A stretch of 59,088 bases of DNA, the filler included, from Dimargaris cristalligena (lineage: Eukaryota): assembly GCA_003614675.1 (NCBI GenBank). It is 2 parts of 2 records of this genome, joined end to end, with 100 filler letters (N's around TTAATTAATTAA, not from the genome) between each part and the next. Parts side by side here need not be neighbours in the genome. Positions count along the whole stretch, not along the records: positions 1 to 29,564 come from ML002482.1; positions 29,665 to 59,088 come from ML002483.1. One strand, 5' to 3'. The position numbers and the translations under genes are program-made. Under the pieces are notes generated by a model that was given only the letters and a program-made list of their open reading frames with translations, did not search any database and had not been told where the DNA came from. This document shows positions 23,093 through 35,000 of this stretch, one piece after another; positions within the stretch are counted from its first letter, which is position 1; each line of letters begins with the position of its first letter.

Positions 23093-24650
23093 GGGGATGG
23101 GTTGGATTCATTTAATTAGCCAGCTGTTTTATTGTCCGAGTAGGTTTTGCCCCACATCTGACATTCAATATATAAACTCAATTCCAATAAACTAAGAGCT
23201 TCTAAGGACCTTTGATTAATTCTTCAGTGGGTAATGGTTTTATATAGAGTGTGAGGTATTATGGTCAGGCTCTTGTTTCCATTCATCCGGGGATGCGCGT
23301 GTGAGGATGACTTTGCGTTGGAGCGGGGAGGATTAGCCGCGTCCTAACTTTGTGCAAATAAGGGATATGATAAGTCACGTGAACCATTACGCACTTGTGG
23401 GTGGCCTGCTGATGGGCACATAGTCTACAGATGCGACCCAGTACTCTAATTAAGGGGAGTTCTTCCTTTAGCCAAAACCATAGCCCCTAACTGGTAAGTC
23501 GTGCTGCAACCCCCGAATTATTCCTATATATGCCAGTAAAGTCACAATACATCGAGCACTTCAGCTGCCTATTGCTGCACTAAGCAACATGTCACCTTCT
23601 GTTGGTGAATACGTTTCCATCACCTGTCGACTTGATATTTTAACATGGTTGCAATTCAGGGCCATGCCCAGTTATATTACATGTATTTTTTCCCTACCGA
23701 CAACCGTGCATCGCATTTTAAAACCACTGCCGACATTTAGATGGACCAGATGAGGTGCTACTAGGAATTTTACCAAGCCAATTTAATCATTGACATGTCT
23801 CACAAAGGGTGTAATGTCGAGCACTATTGATGTGGGTTCATTGTCAGCTGTGTGGCCAACTACAATAATATAGTAAAGTAGGCCGGCACCCAAATTGTAT
23901 GATTCCTGATTTGGTTGACCCAAATCCACTTTGGAACAATACACATTATTAGTGTGAGGACCGTTTGAGTTTAGTGGCTGGGTGGAGTGAGTACGTAATA
24001 CGTGGCCCTTGAAACCCACAATTGGTGTTATCACTGCTACTACATTAGCAATGCAATTAACGGGGGTTTGACCCATCGGCTGTCCACAATTGCTTAACTA
24101 TTGTTGTGGACTATAAATTCTCCGCAAACCAGGATAATAGGTGACGCAAATCATTTGGTGACTATTGTGCACAAGAGAAAAATGCCTCATATGACTTCCT
24201 AGGGCGGAACCTTATGGGATAATCATCCCTGCTATTGTTCCGTAACGTATACCCATAGGACGATAGGAATAGTGGTACATTCGGCTATTGTGAATTTCTT
24301 GGTTGTGAATACCTGAGAACTTCGCCGATAATACCAAAGAATGGCAAAGCATCACTACCAAACCCAAGCACTAACAGTTCACGCATTTCTTTGATTGACG
24401 ACAAATTCAATGTAACAAGGTACCCTGACCTGATTCACAGTTATCTAATTATCTCAGGACTATAAAAGCTGAACACAGCCACCCTTTGAATCAATATTAA
24501 CTCCACATTCCATAACACCACCGGCCTCATACCCCACCCAGTTTTGCGCGCGCACAAGAATTCGCTCCCCTCCCCCCGCATTCACTTCAGTCAACCGCTT
24601 TGCTCGCTCGTAACGTCTGCTTCAACCACTCTTCGCTTCCCACCTGCACC

Positions 24651-25046
24651 ATGGTCAAGTTTATTACCGTCGCTCTCCTCGCCACCCTCTCGGTCATTGC
24701 CGTTTCCGCCATGCCCCAACACTGGGATGGTACTTGCAGTGTTGCCAAGCCGTGCGCCAACGGCACCTGTTGCAGCGGCTTCGGGTCTTGTGGTTCCACC
24801 GACGCTCACTGCGGGTTCGGTTGCCAGAGCGGACCTTGCAAGGGTGCCCCCACTCCCGCTTCCCCCAACCTCCCGCCCAATGGTTCCGGTAGCTGCAATG
24901 CCTCTACGCCCTGTCAGAGCGGTGCGTGCTGTAGCAAGCAGGGCTTCTGTGGCTTTACCAATGCCCACTGCGGAACCGGTTGTCTGAGCGGCCCTTGCGG
25001 CCAAGTGTTCAACCGCCGCTCCAGCCCCAAGCTCAACAAGCTCTAA
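24651..25046 (+). CDS. Secreted double hevein (CBM18) chitin-binding protein, copy 2 (131 aa)
   Basis: Paralogue of 19875-20276; the true start is MVKF at 24651. Confidence 0.92.
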   Translation: MVKFITVALLATLSVIAVSAMPQHWDGTCSVAKPCANGTCCSGFGSCGSTDAHCGFGCQSGPCKGAPTPASPNLPPNGSGSCNASTPCQSGACCSKQGFCGFTNAHCGTGCLSGPCGQVFNRRSSPKLNKL

Positions 25047-26929
25047 GTAATTGTGTACTAGATCTCCGACTGCATCAGTCGATATTTCGTCATACCTATC
25101 TATCCGAATGCCTGCCACATCAGTCAGCCTATTTCTGTACTATTAGCTGACTTGCCACGTAAAGCTTCACTCCTTTCCAGCAGCTACCTATTTGTGCAAT
25201 CATATATAATTTTCCGCTATTTTTTTATATCATTCCTCTATTTTAAATCCACTCTATTGGAGTTCGGACCTGAAAACCCAACCCAATTGTATTTCCAATA
25301 AGCCTGTAAATAAACCCGTCGACTTAAAACCTACGTTTTTATCCACAAATCCCAAACAAAATTACTACGTTGGTACCGCCCTCCTGTTATTAGGATGTGA
25401 TGGAAAAGGTATCATCAATAGTATAGCGTCCCACTAGTTGTGTTTATATTGGGAGATAATGGACACTCGATTAATTCGTAGATCTCCCCAGCATTATATC
25501 CAAGGTACTGGTCTGATCTATATACAAAGGGGGTATAGTATAGATTTGAACTCGCCAATGTTTTCCTTATGGAAATTTTGTATTACTCCGTCGCATCGCT
25601 AATGGAACTGATCCTACTATATTCGCCTTATCGCACGCTATTGTTACGTTCCTAGCATCGAGTATGTCGCCAATAGCATCGCTATATTGGGTGTTTCTAT
25701 AAATTTAGACTATAGTTCTATTTCTTCGACTATTAAGTATATAAAACTGGCCATGACACTCTAATATGAAGAAGTTATATTGTCACCACTATTACAACAA
25801 TTAAGAAGTACAATTTTTAACCTTAGTTAGTGATCCCCGTATCACTTCCCCTTTATTATATGGAAATACTCATATAAAGATTTTGATATGGATTGCACTA
25901 TACGCTCAGAGTTCCCTCCTGCAATCCCACCTCAACGCGTTCCTTTAAAACATATTTGGGCGTTTATCATCACAATAGCGACTGTAAAAATATATTAGTC
26001 GATTATCCCGAAGAGTGACTGGGGTTCCCTTTTTCCTAATGAGCCGAGTCGTAGTGTATAATGGTCAGGCCTGGTTATCCCAGCCTAAGGCTACAGCGGG
26101 TATTTCTACATTGAGAAGAGGCGTGTTTTGGTCACATGTAGCGATGGTCCACACAGGGGAAACCGCCAGTTTCGGGCCATTCATGACCGGTATATCTTTC
26201 TGACCAGAACAACGAATAGAGGGACCGTCAATATTAATTTATGTTATTGCCGCCTGATTAAGGGAATGCCAATATAGCATGACTAACTAATTTTACATAT
26301 AACCCCAAATCTATTGTTCCCATTCACTGTCGGATATTTTAGAGCCTGAGTGGTACTTTCCATTGTGCTATTGTAATCGAAAGCCTGAATAAGCCACTAT
26401 AGACCGGACGGTCCTTTTTGCTGATTGTTTGGTAAATACCGCTTACGTAAGGACCCTGCCATTTACGCATCTTCGTGACTGTCCTCTATTCAAATCTAAT
26501 AGTCGGGATTCCAGCTGATGGACACCCAACAATACCACTCAATTCGTGTCTATTGTATCCAGTCGGTCCATCCCATAAGTAAACGCTATATTGGATACTA
26601 TATGAGTTTGACGCGACCTATTATGAAATTGGGCTATGGGATTCACTTACCTTCCATTTGACGATAATGCCATAGGCTATTGTCATACAGATGCGTGCCT
26701 TTAGGCCGAACTTGTAGGTGGAAAGGCCAATCCGCATATCGTCGACCGATTGCGTTCCCAGGAATTGGCTCGTCAGTCAGAAGTGCCAAAGTATAAAAAC
26801 CAACTATCCGCCCGCCCTCATAGATATTATCACCACACTTTCAATCAATACTTCTCTACACCTTTACTAGGTATACCCACTCTACTCCTCCCCACCCCAA
26901 CACATCCTCACTTGCTTCATATTTCCACC

Positions 26930-27325
26930 ATGGTTAAGTTCATTACTGTCGCTCTCTTTGCTACTCTCTCGGTCCTCGCCACGTCTTCCCTGGTCCAGGG
27001 TTACGATGGCACTTGCAGCGTTTCCAAGCCGTGCGCCAACGGCACCTGCTGCAGCGGCTTCGGGTCTTGCGGTTCCACCGACGCCCACTGCGGTTTCGGT
27101 TGCCAGAGCGGGCCTTGCAAGGGTGCTCCCACTCCCGCTTCCCCCAACCCCCCTCCCAATGGTTCCGGCAGCTGCAATGCCTCTACGCCCTGTCAGAGCG
27201 GTGCGTGCTGTAGCAAGCAGGGCTTCTGTGGTTTCACTAATACCCACTGCGGTACTGGCTGTCTGAGCGGACCTTGTGGCCAAGTGTTCAACCGCCGTTC
27301 CACTGCTGCTAATGGGCGGATCTAA
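26930..27325 (+). CDS. Secreted double hevein (CBM18) chitin-binding protein, copy 3 (131 aa)
   Basis: Paralogue with a divergent N-terminus (MVKFITVALFATLSVLATSSLVQGYDG); start at 26930. Confidence 0.92.
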   Translation: MVKFITVALFATLSVLATSSLVQGYDGTCSVSKPCANGTCCSGFGSCGSTDAHCGFGCQSGPCKGAPTPASPNPPPNGSGSCNASTPCQSGACCSKQGFCGFTNTHCGTGCLSGPCGQVFNRRSTAANGRI

Positions 27326-28626
27326 TTCGGGTGGTTTCTGATCCCGACTAATTTCCCTAGTGAGGGAACCCTATATTTTGGACATCTCTTCAGTCCTGTA
27401 CCCATTTGGCTAATATATCATTCTAGGCCGCGTATTCCATTGAATTATTAGGTCCTATTATATATATATATGTTTGTTCGCAATCTGATCGATTAGGTCA
27501 GCCTATCTAATAACTGAGTATTTGTACACATGTTTCAACTCTTTAGCTTTATGTTCTACGTTTAAGGTTTTAAATGCCTGTATTTATCTAGGCCGTCTTA
27601 GAAATTTATACCCTTTGTAAATAAATAATTTATTCAAGACACATTGCCTCAGTAGTTATTATCTGAATAATGCATTCACGAGTTAAAATATCTTTCCCTT
27701 AGCAACCCCTAGCGCCTTCATAGCCAGTTATCCTACCCTAGTCGACGTTTAAAAGATTCCTCTAGTTTCTTACCACAACATAAATTACATTACTATATAC
27801 CTAGCTTAACATTTAGTCCCCTTTAATCCACCGTTTCTCCCAGTACCTATTTGATTGGCTTATTTAATCAAACAGTGCACCATAACCATATACTATACTA
27901 AAATATAGCTGATACCCTTAGATCGATAACAGCTGAAGAAGTGACGGCCACTTTGGGGAACCAACACCCCGGGACCAGAACCTCGCGCTTGACGTGAACT
28001 ATTCTTGTAAGGACTTCTGATAGGGACAGACTGGGCCACCGGTATCACCATTGGAACTCCAATGGTATACGGCAGATTGGACACTAGAAATGGACTACGG
28101 GTAAGTGGTGATGCGAACAAGATAATCATCGATGTCTAAAACTAATCGTGGATCGAATGTTATAAACTTGCCTGCCTTTATTAGAGGGATACCTGCAGTG
28201 TATTTGCAAGAAAATCGGGAGTAATGAAAACAAAAAGCATTGCGACCTGGTGGTACCCAAGGCCCATCTTGTCAATGGGCAGTTATGAATACTGAAGATA
28301 ACAAACTAGGAACATAGATAAAAACAATGATAGCGGCCCTGGGTACAGAGGCTGGGAATACGCCCCAGCCTCCAATTATTCTATTAGGATTACCTGTGTA
28401 TGTTGGAAGACGGTCCCAGAATGCTGAAGTACAAGTCTGGGTGGAAGGGTGAAGACCTACCTCGTGACGGAATTCATCTAATCCAAAACTACAATAGTTT
28501 GGCCTGATTATACTTGTAAGGTTTAAGTAGGCCCGGACACTTCAATTAAAAAAATAGGTCGTATTGAGGTCAGGGTTTATTGTATACTTAACTCTTGAAG
28601 TATGACAACCAACCTACTCCACTAAT

Positions 28627-29229
28627 TTAAGGTGATCCTATAGGCCACGCCAATTCGGGCGCACCATTTTTTTTCTTCAGTTAACCATCCCACAAGTACA
28701 TTTAAGTATTGCTAGTGGTTATCAGCTGGATAAAAGCAACCGTTTCATTGATTATTTGAAAATCAACAACAAACCGAGATAAGGGCTTCTGTAAGGTCGC
28801 TCACCAGGGTTCTCTCAATTTCCTTGGATAGATAATTGTACCCAAGTTCTGGTGAGCTCTCGAGGTCCTTTAGACGAAACATGTGGGTTTCCCTGCTATA
28901 CGTAGCACATTCCCCGTATTGACGGCCTGGAAAACCAGACACTTTGCTTTTACCACAAAGTATCCGACGGGCTCCAATGCTTACATTCTCTTTTCATTAA
29001 CAAAAAATAATAATCAAATAACCTCTTTAAATAGAGAAATCGACAAATACAAACACAATTAGGAGAATAGCTTACCTTTAAATATTCTCATCCCTTTTTT
29101 TTTACTATTGACATTTCAGTAGAAGCCCTTAATTATATTTAATGTTACCCATGTACCATTATCATCGTCGCCCACTCTAACCGCCTTAGCGACCTAGAAA
29201 TTTTAGCTGAGTTGTAGGAAATATAACCA
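28627..29229 (+). repeat. ~600-bp direct repeat, copy B
   Basis: Near-identical to 16131-16729, same orientation. Confidence 0.95.
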
Positions 29230-29504
29230 TGCCACAATGAACAATCGCCTGACTGTTTTTTTGTCACTTCTATATATATATATTTTTCGTCAGTTATATT
29301 CAACCGATGGGGCACAAAAGAATGTATGATTCATATTATTTAGGCGTTTTAAATTTTACGAAGTATTCTAGGATAATTGCATTTTGATAAACCCTAAATG
29401 GGGGGAGGATGCTGCGAACCTTTTCGCTTTTCGTGGCGATACATATAGTCGATTATCACACAACTACCCTCGAATAAGTTTGGTTAGCTTTAATCTAATT
29501 ATCC

Positions 29505-29564
29505 ATATGGGAGAAGTTCATCCAAGCTGTATAACGAAAAATCCATTAGATTCGGCCAATATTA
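29505..29564. mobile_element. MITE-like element truncated by the gap
   Basis: ATATGGGAGAAGTTCATCCAAGCTGTATAACGAAAAATCCATTAGA matches the family terminus. Confidence 0.7.
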
Positions 29565-29664
29565 NNNNNNNNNNNNNNNNNNNNNNNNNNNNNNNNNNNN
29601 NNNNNNNNTTAATTAATTAANNNNNNNNNNNNNNNNNNNNNNNNNNNNNNNNNNNNNNNNNNNN
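29565..29664. other. Synthetic contig linker N44-TTAATTAATTAA-N44
   Basis: Exactly 100 nt, with a palindromic 12-mer at 29609-29620 that places stop codons in all six frames. Confidence 0.97.
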
Positions 29665-30494
29665 TTTATTGTAATTTAATTCAGTATAGGAATAGTCCTT
29701 TAATAAGTAGTAGAAAGTAGCTTTAAAGTATTGAAAAATAGTAAAAAGTAGTTAAAGAAAGCCAATTTTTTACTAGTCCGGTTGCTAGACATTAATTTAC
29801 ATAGTACACTTTTTTTTTTGGCTTTCCCGAGTCATTATTCATAGATTTATTATAGGTCTTATGATTGATCACAGGGTCGGGGATCATTTTTCCCTCATTT
29901 TTAAAAAAAGTCCCATCGATCTACCTATTTCCCATTTCGATAAAAAAATAGTCCCGCTACATCAATTGGAACTTTCATTCAAATCATTATATAGCTTGAT
30001 TGAACTTCTCCCATATGCTTAGTGGACTTGGACTAACTTTATTAAAGTGTGGTTTTTTAAAAATTATATTAGACCATCAGCTTCTTCAACCTCCACCTCT
30101 AATGATATCCCTATATATAAGTCTATATATAAAGTGTAATATATATATATAATAAGACCAGCAATAAAATAATCAAGAGTTTATTGGAATACTAAGGACA
30201 TAAAGAAAATAAAACTGGAAGTAAGGGAATAAAGTAGCTGGAGGATAGTAGGTACCTCTAGGTAGTTAGTTTTATTAATCTGTAATTTCAATGGGGTGAA
30301 ACATAAGTGGCTAATATGAATAATCCCATAATAGCAGAATAAAGTAACATAATTAAGTAAAATAGGATAGGATAAAAAACATGGAGGAATATATTCTTTA
30401 ACAGAGTTATACAAAAATTTGACTGTGCCAAATTTATTTATACATATATATTAGAAGTAATATAACGAAACATCCAATGCATTTTGCTCTATGG

Positions 30495-31595
30495 CTATAT
30501 GGGATGCTGCCAAGGGTCTAAACCGGGGTTGCAGGTTTTTAAGAGTTCGTACATGGTGTGATCATTCAAGCTTTCGTACCGGAATTTAAGCATAGACCCC
30601 GCTATATTACTAGTCGCTTTAGTCAGTTTCCACGAAAAGCTGTCTTTGGTGGTGGGGTTCAGCTCAATACGCTGCGTTTGCATATTGCGCGTTAGAACTA
30701 CATATATACACTTACGCAAATCGACACTGTGCTTCAACAGGATGATACTAGGGTCAGACCTGTGCTGTACGTAGGCCTCCATAATCCGGCGGGCCCGACG
30801 GTTGACCTCCGTCAGCTCCTTAATTGGACTAACCCGGGCGTGGAGGCGGTTCGCATAGACCTCCATTTTGTGGACCGGGGCCGCCAACGAATGGTATAGT
30901 CTTGACCGGATGGACTTCACAATCGGCAAGTCTGCGTATTGAGCATCTCCCATTATGTCTTCGCAGACCCCCGTGATTATCCCGGGCTCGGGGGCAACTG
31001 GGTAATCCTGATGCGAACCGTGGCCCAAGTCGTTGCCGTCATCATCAGCGGCTGGGGAAATCGCACCTAGGGAATTGGCCGAACCGAACGGCCCCAGACT
31101 AAACTCGGCATTAGACCTACTTGGTAGCGCTGACGCACCCGGTGCCAATGGATAACAGGATTCCGATAGGGAGGGTGTATTGGGTTTATCATAAATCGGC
31201 TCCTGGTCGGCTTTTCCGCTAATAGACGGTTCGTCAGGCCCCTCATTAATGGACAGTTCTTCAGGCTCATCATAAATAGAAGACGTGTTGGGTTTATCAT
31301 GGATTGGTTGCTGGTCGGGTTATCCATAAACGGACGGCTCTTCAGACACTTCATAAAAGGACAGTTCGTTAGGCTTATCGTAAATGGACGACTTTTTGGG
31401 CTTATCATAAACAGACGCTTCGTTGGGTTGATAAAAATTGGGCCGAGAAGGAAGGGGTGGTGGAACATGGTGTGGAATAGGAAATGGGGGATATGCTGAC
31501 TCTCCCTGGTAAATTTGGGGGGTGGGGAAAGGATACCTGTCCACTCCGGTGACGGAGGATAAGAATAGCGAAGCCAAAACAATCGTGGCGTACAT
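30495..31595 (-). pseudogene. Secreted Tyr-repeat (YDKP/YDEP) protein of ~366 codons, interrupted by one in-frame TAA
   Basis: Track ORFs 31320-31595 and 30495-31148 are in the same frame and the sequence between them is open except for TAA at 31322-31320. Signal peptide MYATIVLASLFLSSVTG. Confidence 0.75.
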
Positions 31596-31926
31596 GGTTG
31601 GATAATATATGGACGCTGCTAATTACGAAGCTGGATGGATGGCGTAGCCAAAGTGGGTGAGTTCCTACGACCAGCACCGAGTGTAAACTACAAATGTTAA
31701 AATAACTAAAATGGGCGGACTACCGAAAAAAAAAAAAGTAAACTGGTTATGAGAAATATCAAGTCTGTAGATAGAATAGTGAATGTGGCACCTGAAGCCA
31801 TAAACGATGGATAATTGCGGTCGGAAATTAGGGAGAAATTAAAGAAAATGACCCTCCGATGAAGAAAATTATGCAGCTTGACAAAATCCACTCTTTCGGA
31901 GCCCGTTCACCCCTATGTCTATATAT

Positions 31927-32070
31927 ATATGGGAGAGGTTCAACCGAGCTGTATAGCGAAAAATCCATTGGATGAAGCAAATATTACTGGTTGAAAATAA
32001 ATCTCCCATACATTATCCCATACACTTATCATTTAAAACCTTATACAGCTGGGCCGAATTTCACCCATAT
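31927..32070. mobile_element. MITE-like element (144 bp)
   Basis: ATATGGGAGAGGTTCAACCGAGCTGTATA...TATACAGCTGGGCCGAATTTCACCCATAT; opposite orientation to the 18055 copy. Confidence 0.75.
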
Positions 32071-35000
32071 GAAACCAGTCTAATTTTAACCTCTGCCTTA
32101 ATCATAAATGCCAGCTACGCTGTCGGATACCTCGAAAGCTACGGCTGTGGTGGCCCAAATAGGCCGTCCCCAATTGGACCAAGGTTCCCAGAACCTAATA
32201 GGGCTCCCATTATTACATTGTCTGAAATTATATTGCGATACTATTGGTTTAACTAATGGCCAAATGGATCGAGCACTTCGATACGGCGGGATGCAAGGCA
32301 CGGCACCCCAATAATCAATAGGGGGATAGGGTAGCGTAACTCCACAGTGAAGGGGATGTGCGCGCAGTGGGGACTTCCATTGGACAGGAGGAAAGATAGG
32401 CCGGGGTAAAAGTATGTGCGGGGAACTATTTTTATCGGCGATCCTTGAGTTTATGGCAAATACCACCCGGCCGACCAAATGCAGCAAAGATGAATAAATT
32501 GGTTGTTCTATGCTGTTTTTGCTTCCGTGGACCAAGAGTGTTGTTGGCCTGCAGTGTACGGCCGCCTTGGTTAACCCCCTGACCGGGCCTCCCTTCAACC
32601 CTATCACCCATACTACTTTATACCAGCCCAAACTAATGGGGACCATCTTGTAACTACTACATAGAACTTGCCTGCGGGTAAGGCGGGGTTTGACGAATTA
32701 AAGGTAAATGCACCATCTGGGACGGTATATCCGCGAATAAACTCGAATCACATGCAGAAGGAGTCTTACCTCCCTTCTCCCTTATGTGCCCATATCGACA
32801 ACAGGAGAATAGCGAAGAATGGGTTCATCGATAGCCAGAATAGGTCTAATGGAAGTGCACGAAGCGCACTTTAGGCCGCCAGACTTTGCAGTACCTCATA
32901 TTGCCCAAGCGAAGCAATTAGTCGTGGAGCGCTTCTGCTGTTTAGGAGAGTGGGGGGACATTGTGCTCTAAATCCTAGTGGTCTTTGGAGGGTCTTGTTA
33001 GCGAACAGGATTATAAGGATTACCGGTTGTTAAATATAGGTGGGTGAGGGAGGGGGAGCATCCGCTACTACATATATGGGAAGCTCAACGCAGCTATATA
33101 TTATTATCTGAATAATTCAAATAGGATAATACGCGGTATATATGGTGTTGTGGTCGTACTTAATACCACAAGATAATATAGCCTGATAGCCTTATCAGGG
33201 CCGGCTGGAGCAGTGACAGTCCGGTGGTAAAACAAGCTAACTATAGGAAAGCACGCACTTGGCGGGGACGATTCTTATCTGATCTTCAGACAGGGCCAAC
33301 TAGGCAACCGGGGATCACTCAGGGATCCTTCTAGTACGTGGCGGAAAGGCACAATGAATAGGTTTGGGCCGAATGACGACGTGGATAGAACAAGACCGGG
33401 GATCGAAATAAAACTTAATGGTAAACTATACTGGTGTAAAAACTGCTTGTCTTTATTTAAGAGAATACCCAACGGGTATTTATATAAAATGAAACAGTGA
33501 CTTACTGGTGCTATGAATATTGAAGAATATTGAATATTGAATAATGGAAAGGTGGCCTATAAGTAGGTGGGAAAAGATGAAGACTGACCTTCGGTGATGT
33601 TCTTCATCTTCTCTAAACTAAAAATAGTTTGGCCGGGATATGTTGCTAAAGATTAAGTAGGCCCAGCCACAACAATGGTTTGAATCTGTAATATCTACCT
33701 AATTAGCCGGGTTTGCTAGTAGTTGACCTAATTGAGACCCACCTAGATAAAAGTGGGCTTAGCTTTTGACCACCACCCCCATATTATGTTATTTGAAGCT
33801 CGTTCGGGCCAGTCCAATCGATTATATTCCGCTATCGTGAATTTACGCAAGTTTTAGAAAAACGCATGGGCTATTGTTTAACCAGCTTGACGATGGGTAA
33901 GCTCGGCGAGTGCACCAATAGTTTCAGCTGACGCAACTATTATTAGCTAATGGATTTACCGCCTATTATCCCATAGACATCACTGCAAAACAAAAAAAAC
34001 CTGCTGAGCTGAATTTTGCCCATATTATTATTGCCTGTCCGACAGCTTATTGAACTAATTTCGATACATAATGAGGGGGGGCCAGTAGACTGGTCGTTAT
34101 AATACGAGTAAATAAGAAAAAGAGAACCCGCGCGCAGCAAAGTGGGAGTCAAGGTGCGGGGTAAGAGATGAGGGTGGGAGAACCCCAACGAAAAATGAGA
34201 AAATATAAAGGGAAAAGAGTGGCCTACAAGGCTGACCGAGCCTATATTGTACTATTATCGTTGGTTAATAACGACGAAGTTCCCTCTAAAAGGGGGGAAA
34301 CCGTCTCGTTATTTTCCCCTGGGCTTCGCATCCCGGACTTGCTTTTCCACCGCATTTTCCTTACAGGTAATCGTGAGTATCGCTACGGTGAACCGGTTAT
34401 CTAAATGAGCCGGAAAAGTCGGGCATCACTGTGTTGTAGAGAAGGGCCAACCACACATGCAATACACCCATGTGCAAAGAAAGGTGGCCGGACTACTTGC
34501 ATTTTGACTGTTTCATTGATGCAGGCCACTTCCCAGGGAAATGGCTACTTTATATGACCGATGAGCAGTATAGCCAATGTGAGATAAATAATACAACATT
34601 AGGTGGGGTATAACCAATGACCAGGTCCTTGGTATTATTATAATCGTTCCACAGGTACACGCGTACCGTATAGGACACTGGGTAATTCTTGGGGTATAGT
34701 TCATTCATGAGAATGGGCGGGGCAGGAACTTGGATGTCTCTAATACAAGAGCCGCGACTTGGCTAAGGGACAGGCTGATTAATTTATTCAATGTAGTGAG
34801 TACCTCCCCAGTTGCTTGCTCAGACGGGGTGTATGTGATTGGCCCCTAATGGCGTGATGGGGAAGCCCGACTGATTACAGACATCCCTCCCTTCCCCTTT
34901 TGGACATGGGGACAGATCATTCTTGGCAACTTTACCCTGCAGTCAATTAATAAACTGGATACCAGCGGCCACCAAGCCTGTCCAACCGCATTATTTTAAA

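Noticed and set aside
23783..24076. 97-aa minus-strand ORF in the duplicated lectin upstream region
   Set aside because: The paralogous segment near 18900-19250 has no matching ORF and I recognise no motif; at most an old relic.
16131..29229. Direct repeats as the LTRs of one retrotransposon
   Set aside because: No TG...CA termini, primer-binding site or gag/pol remnants were recognised between them.
29609..29620. Palindrome TTAATTAATTAA as a biological site
   Set aside because: It is centred in a symmetric 100-nt N spacer and is an artificial six-frame stop linker. Adjacency across it should not be interpreted.
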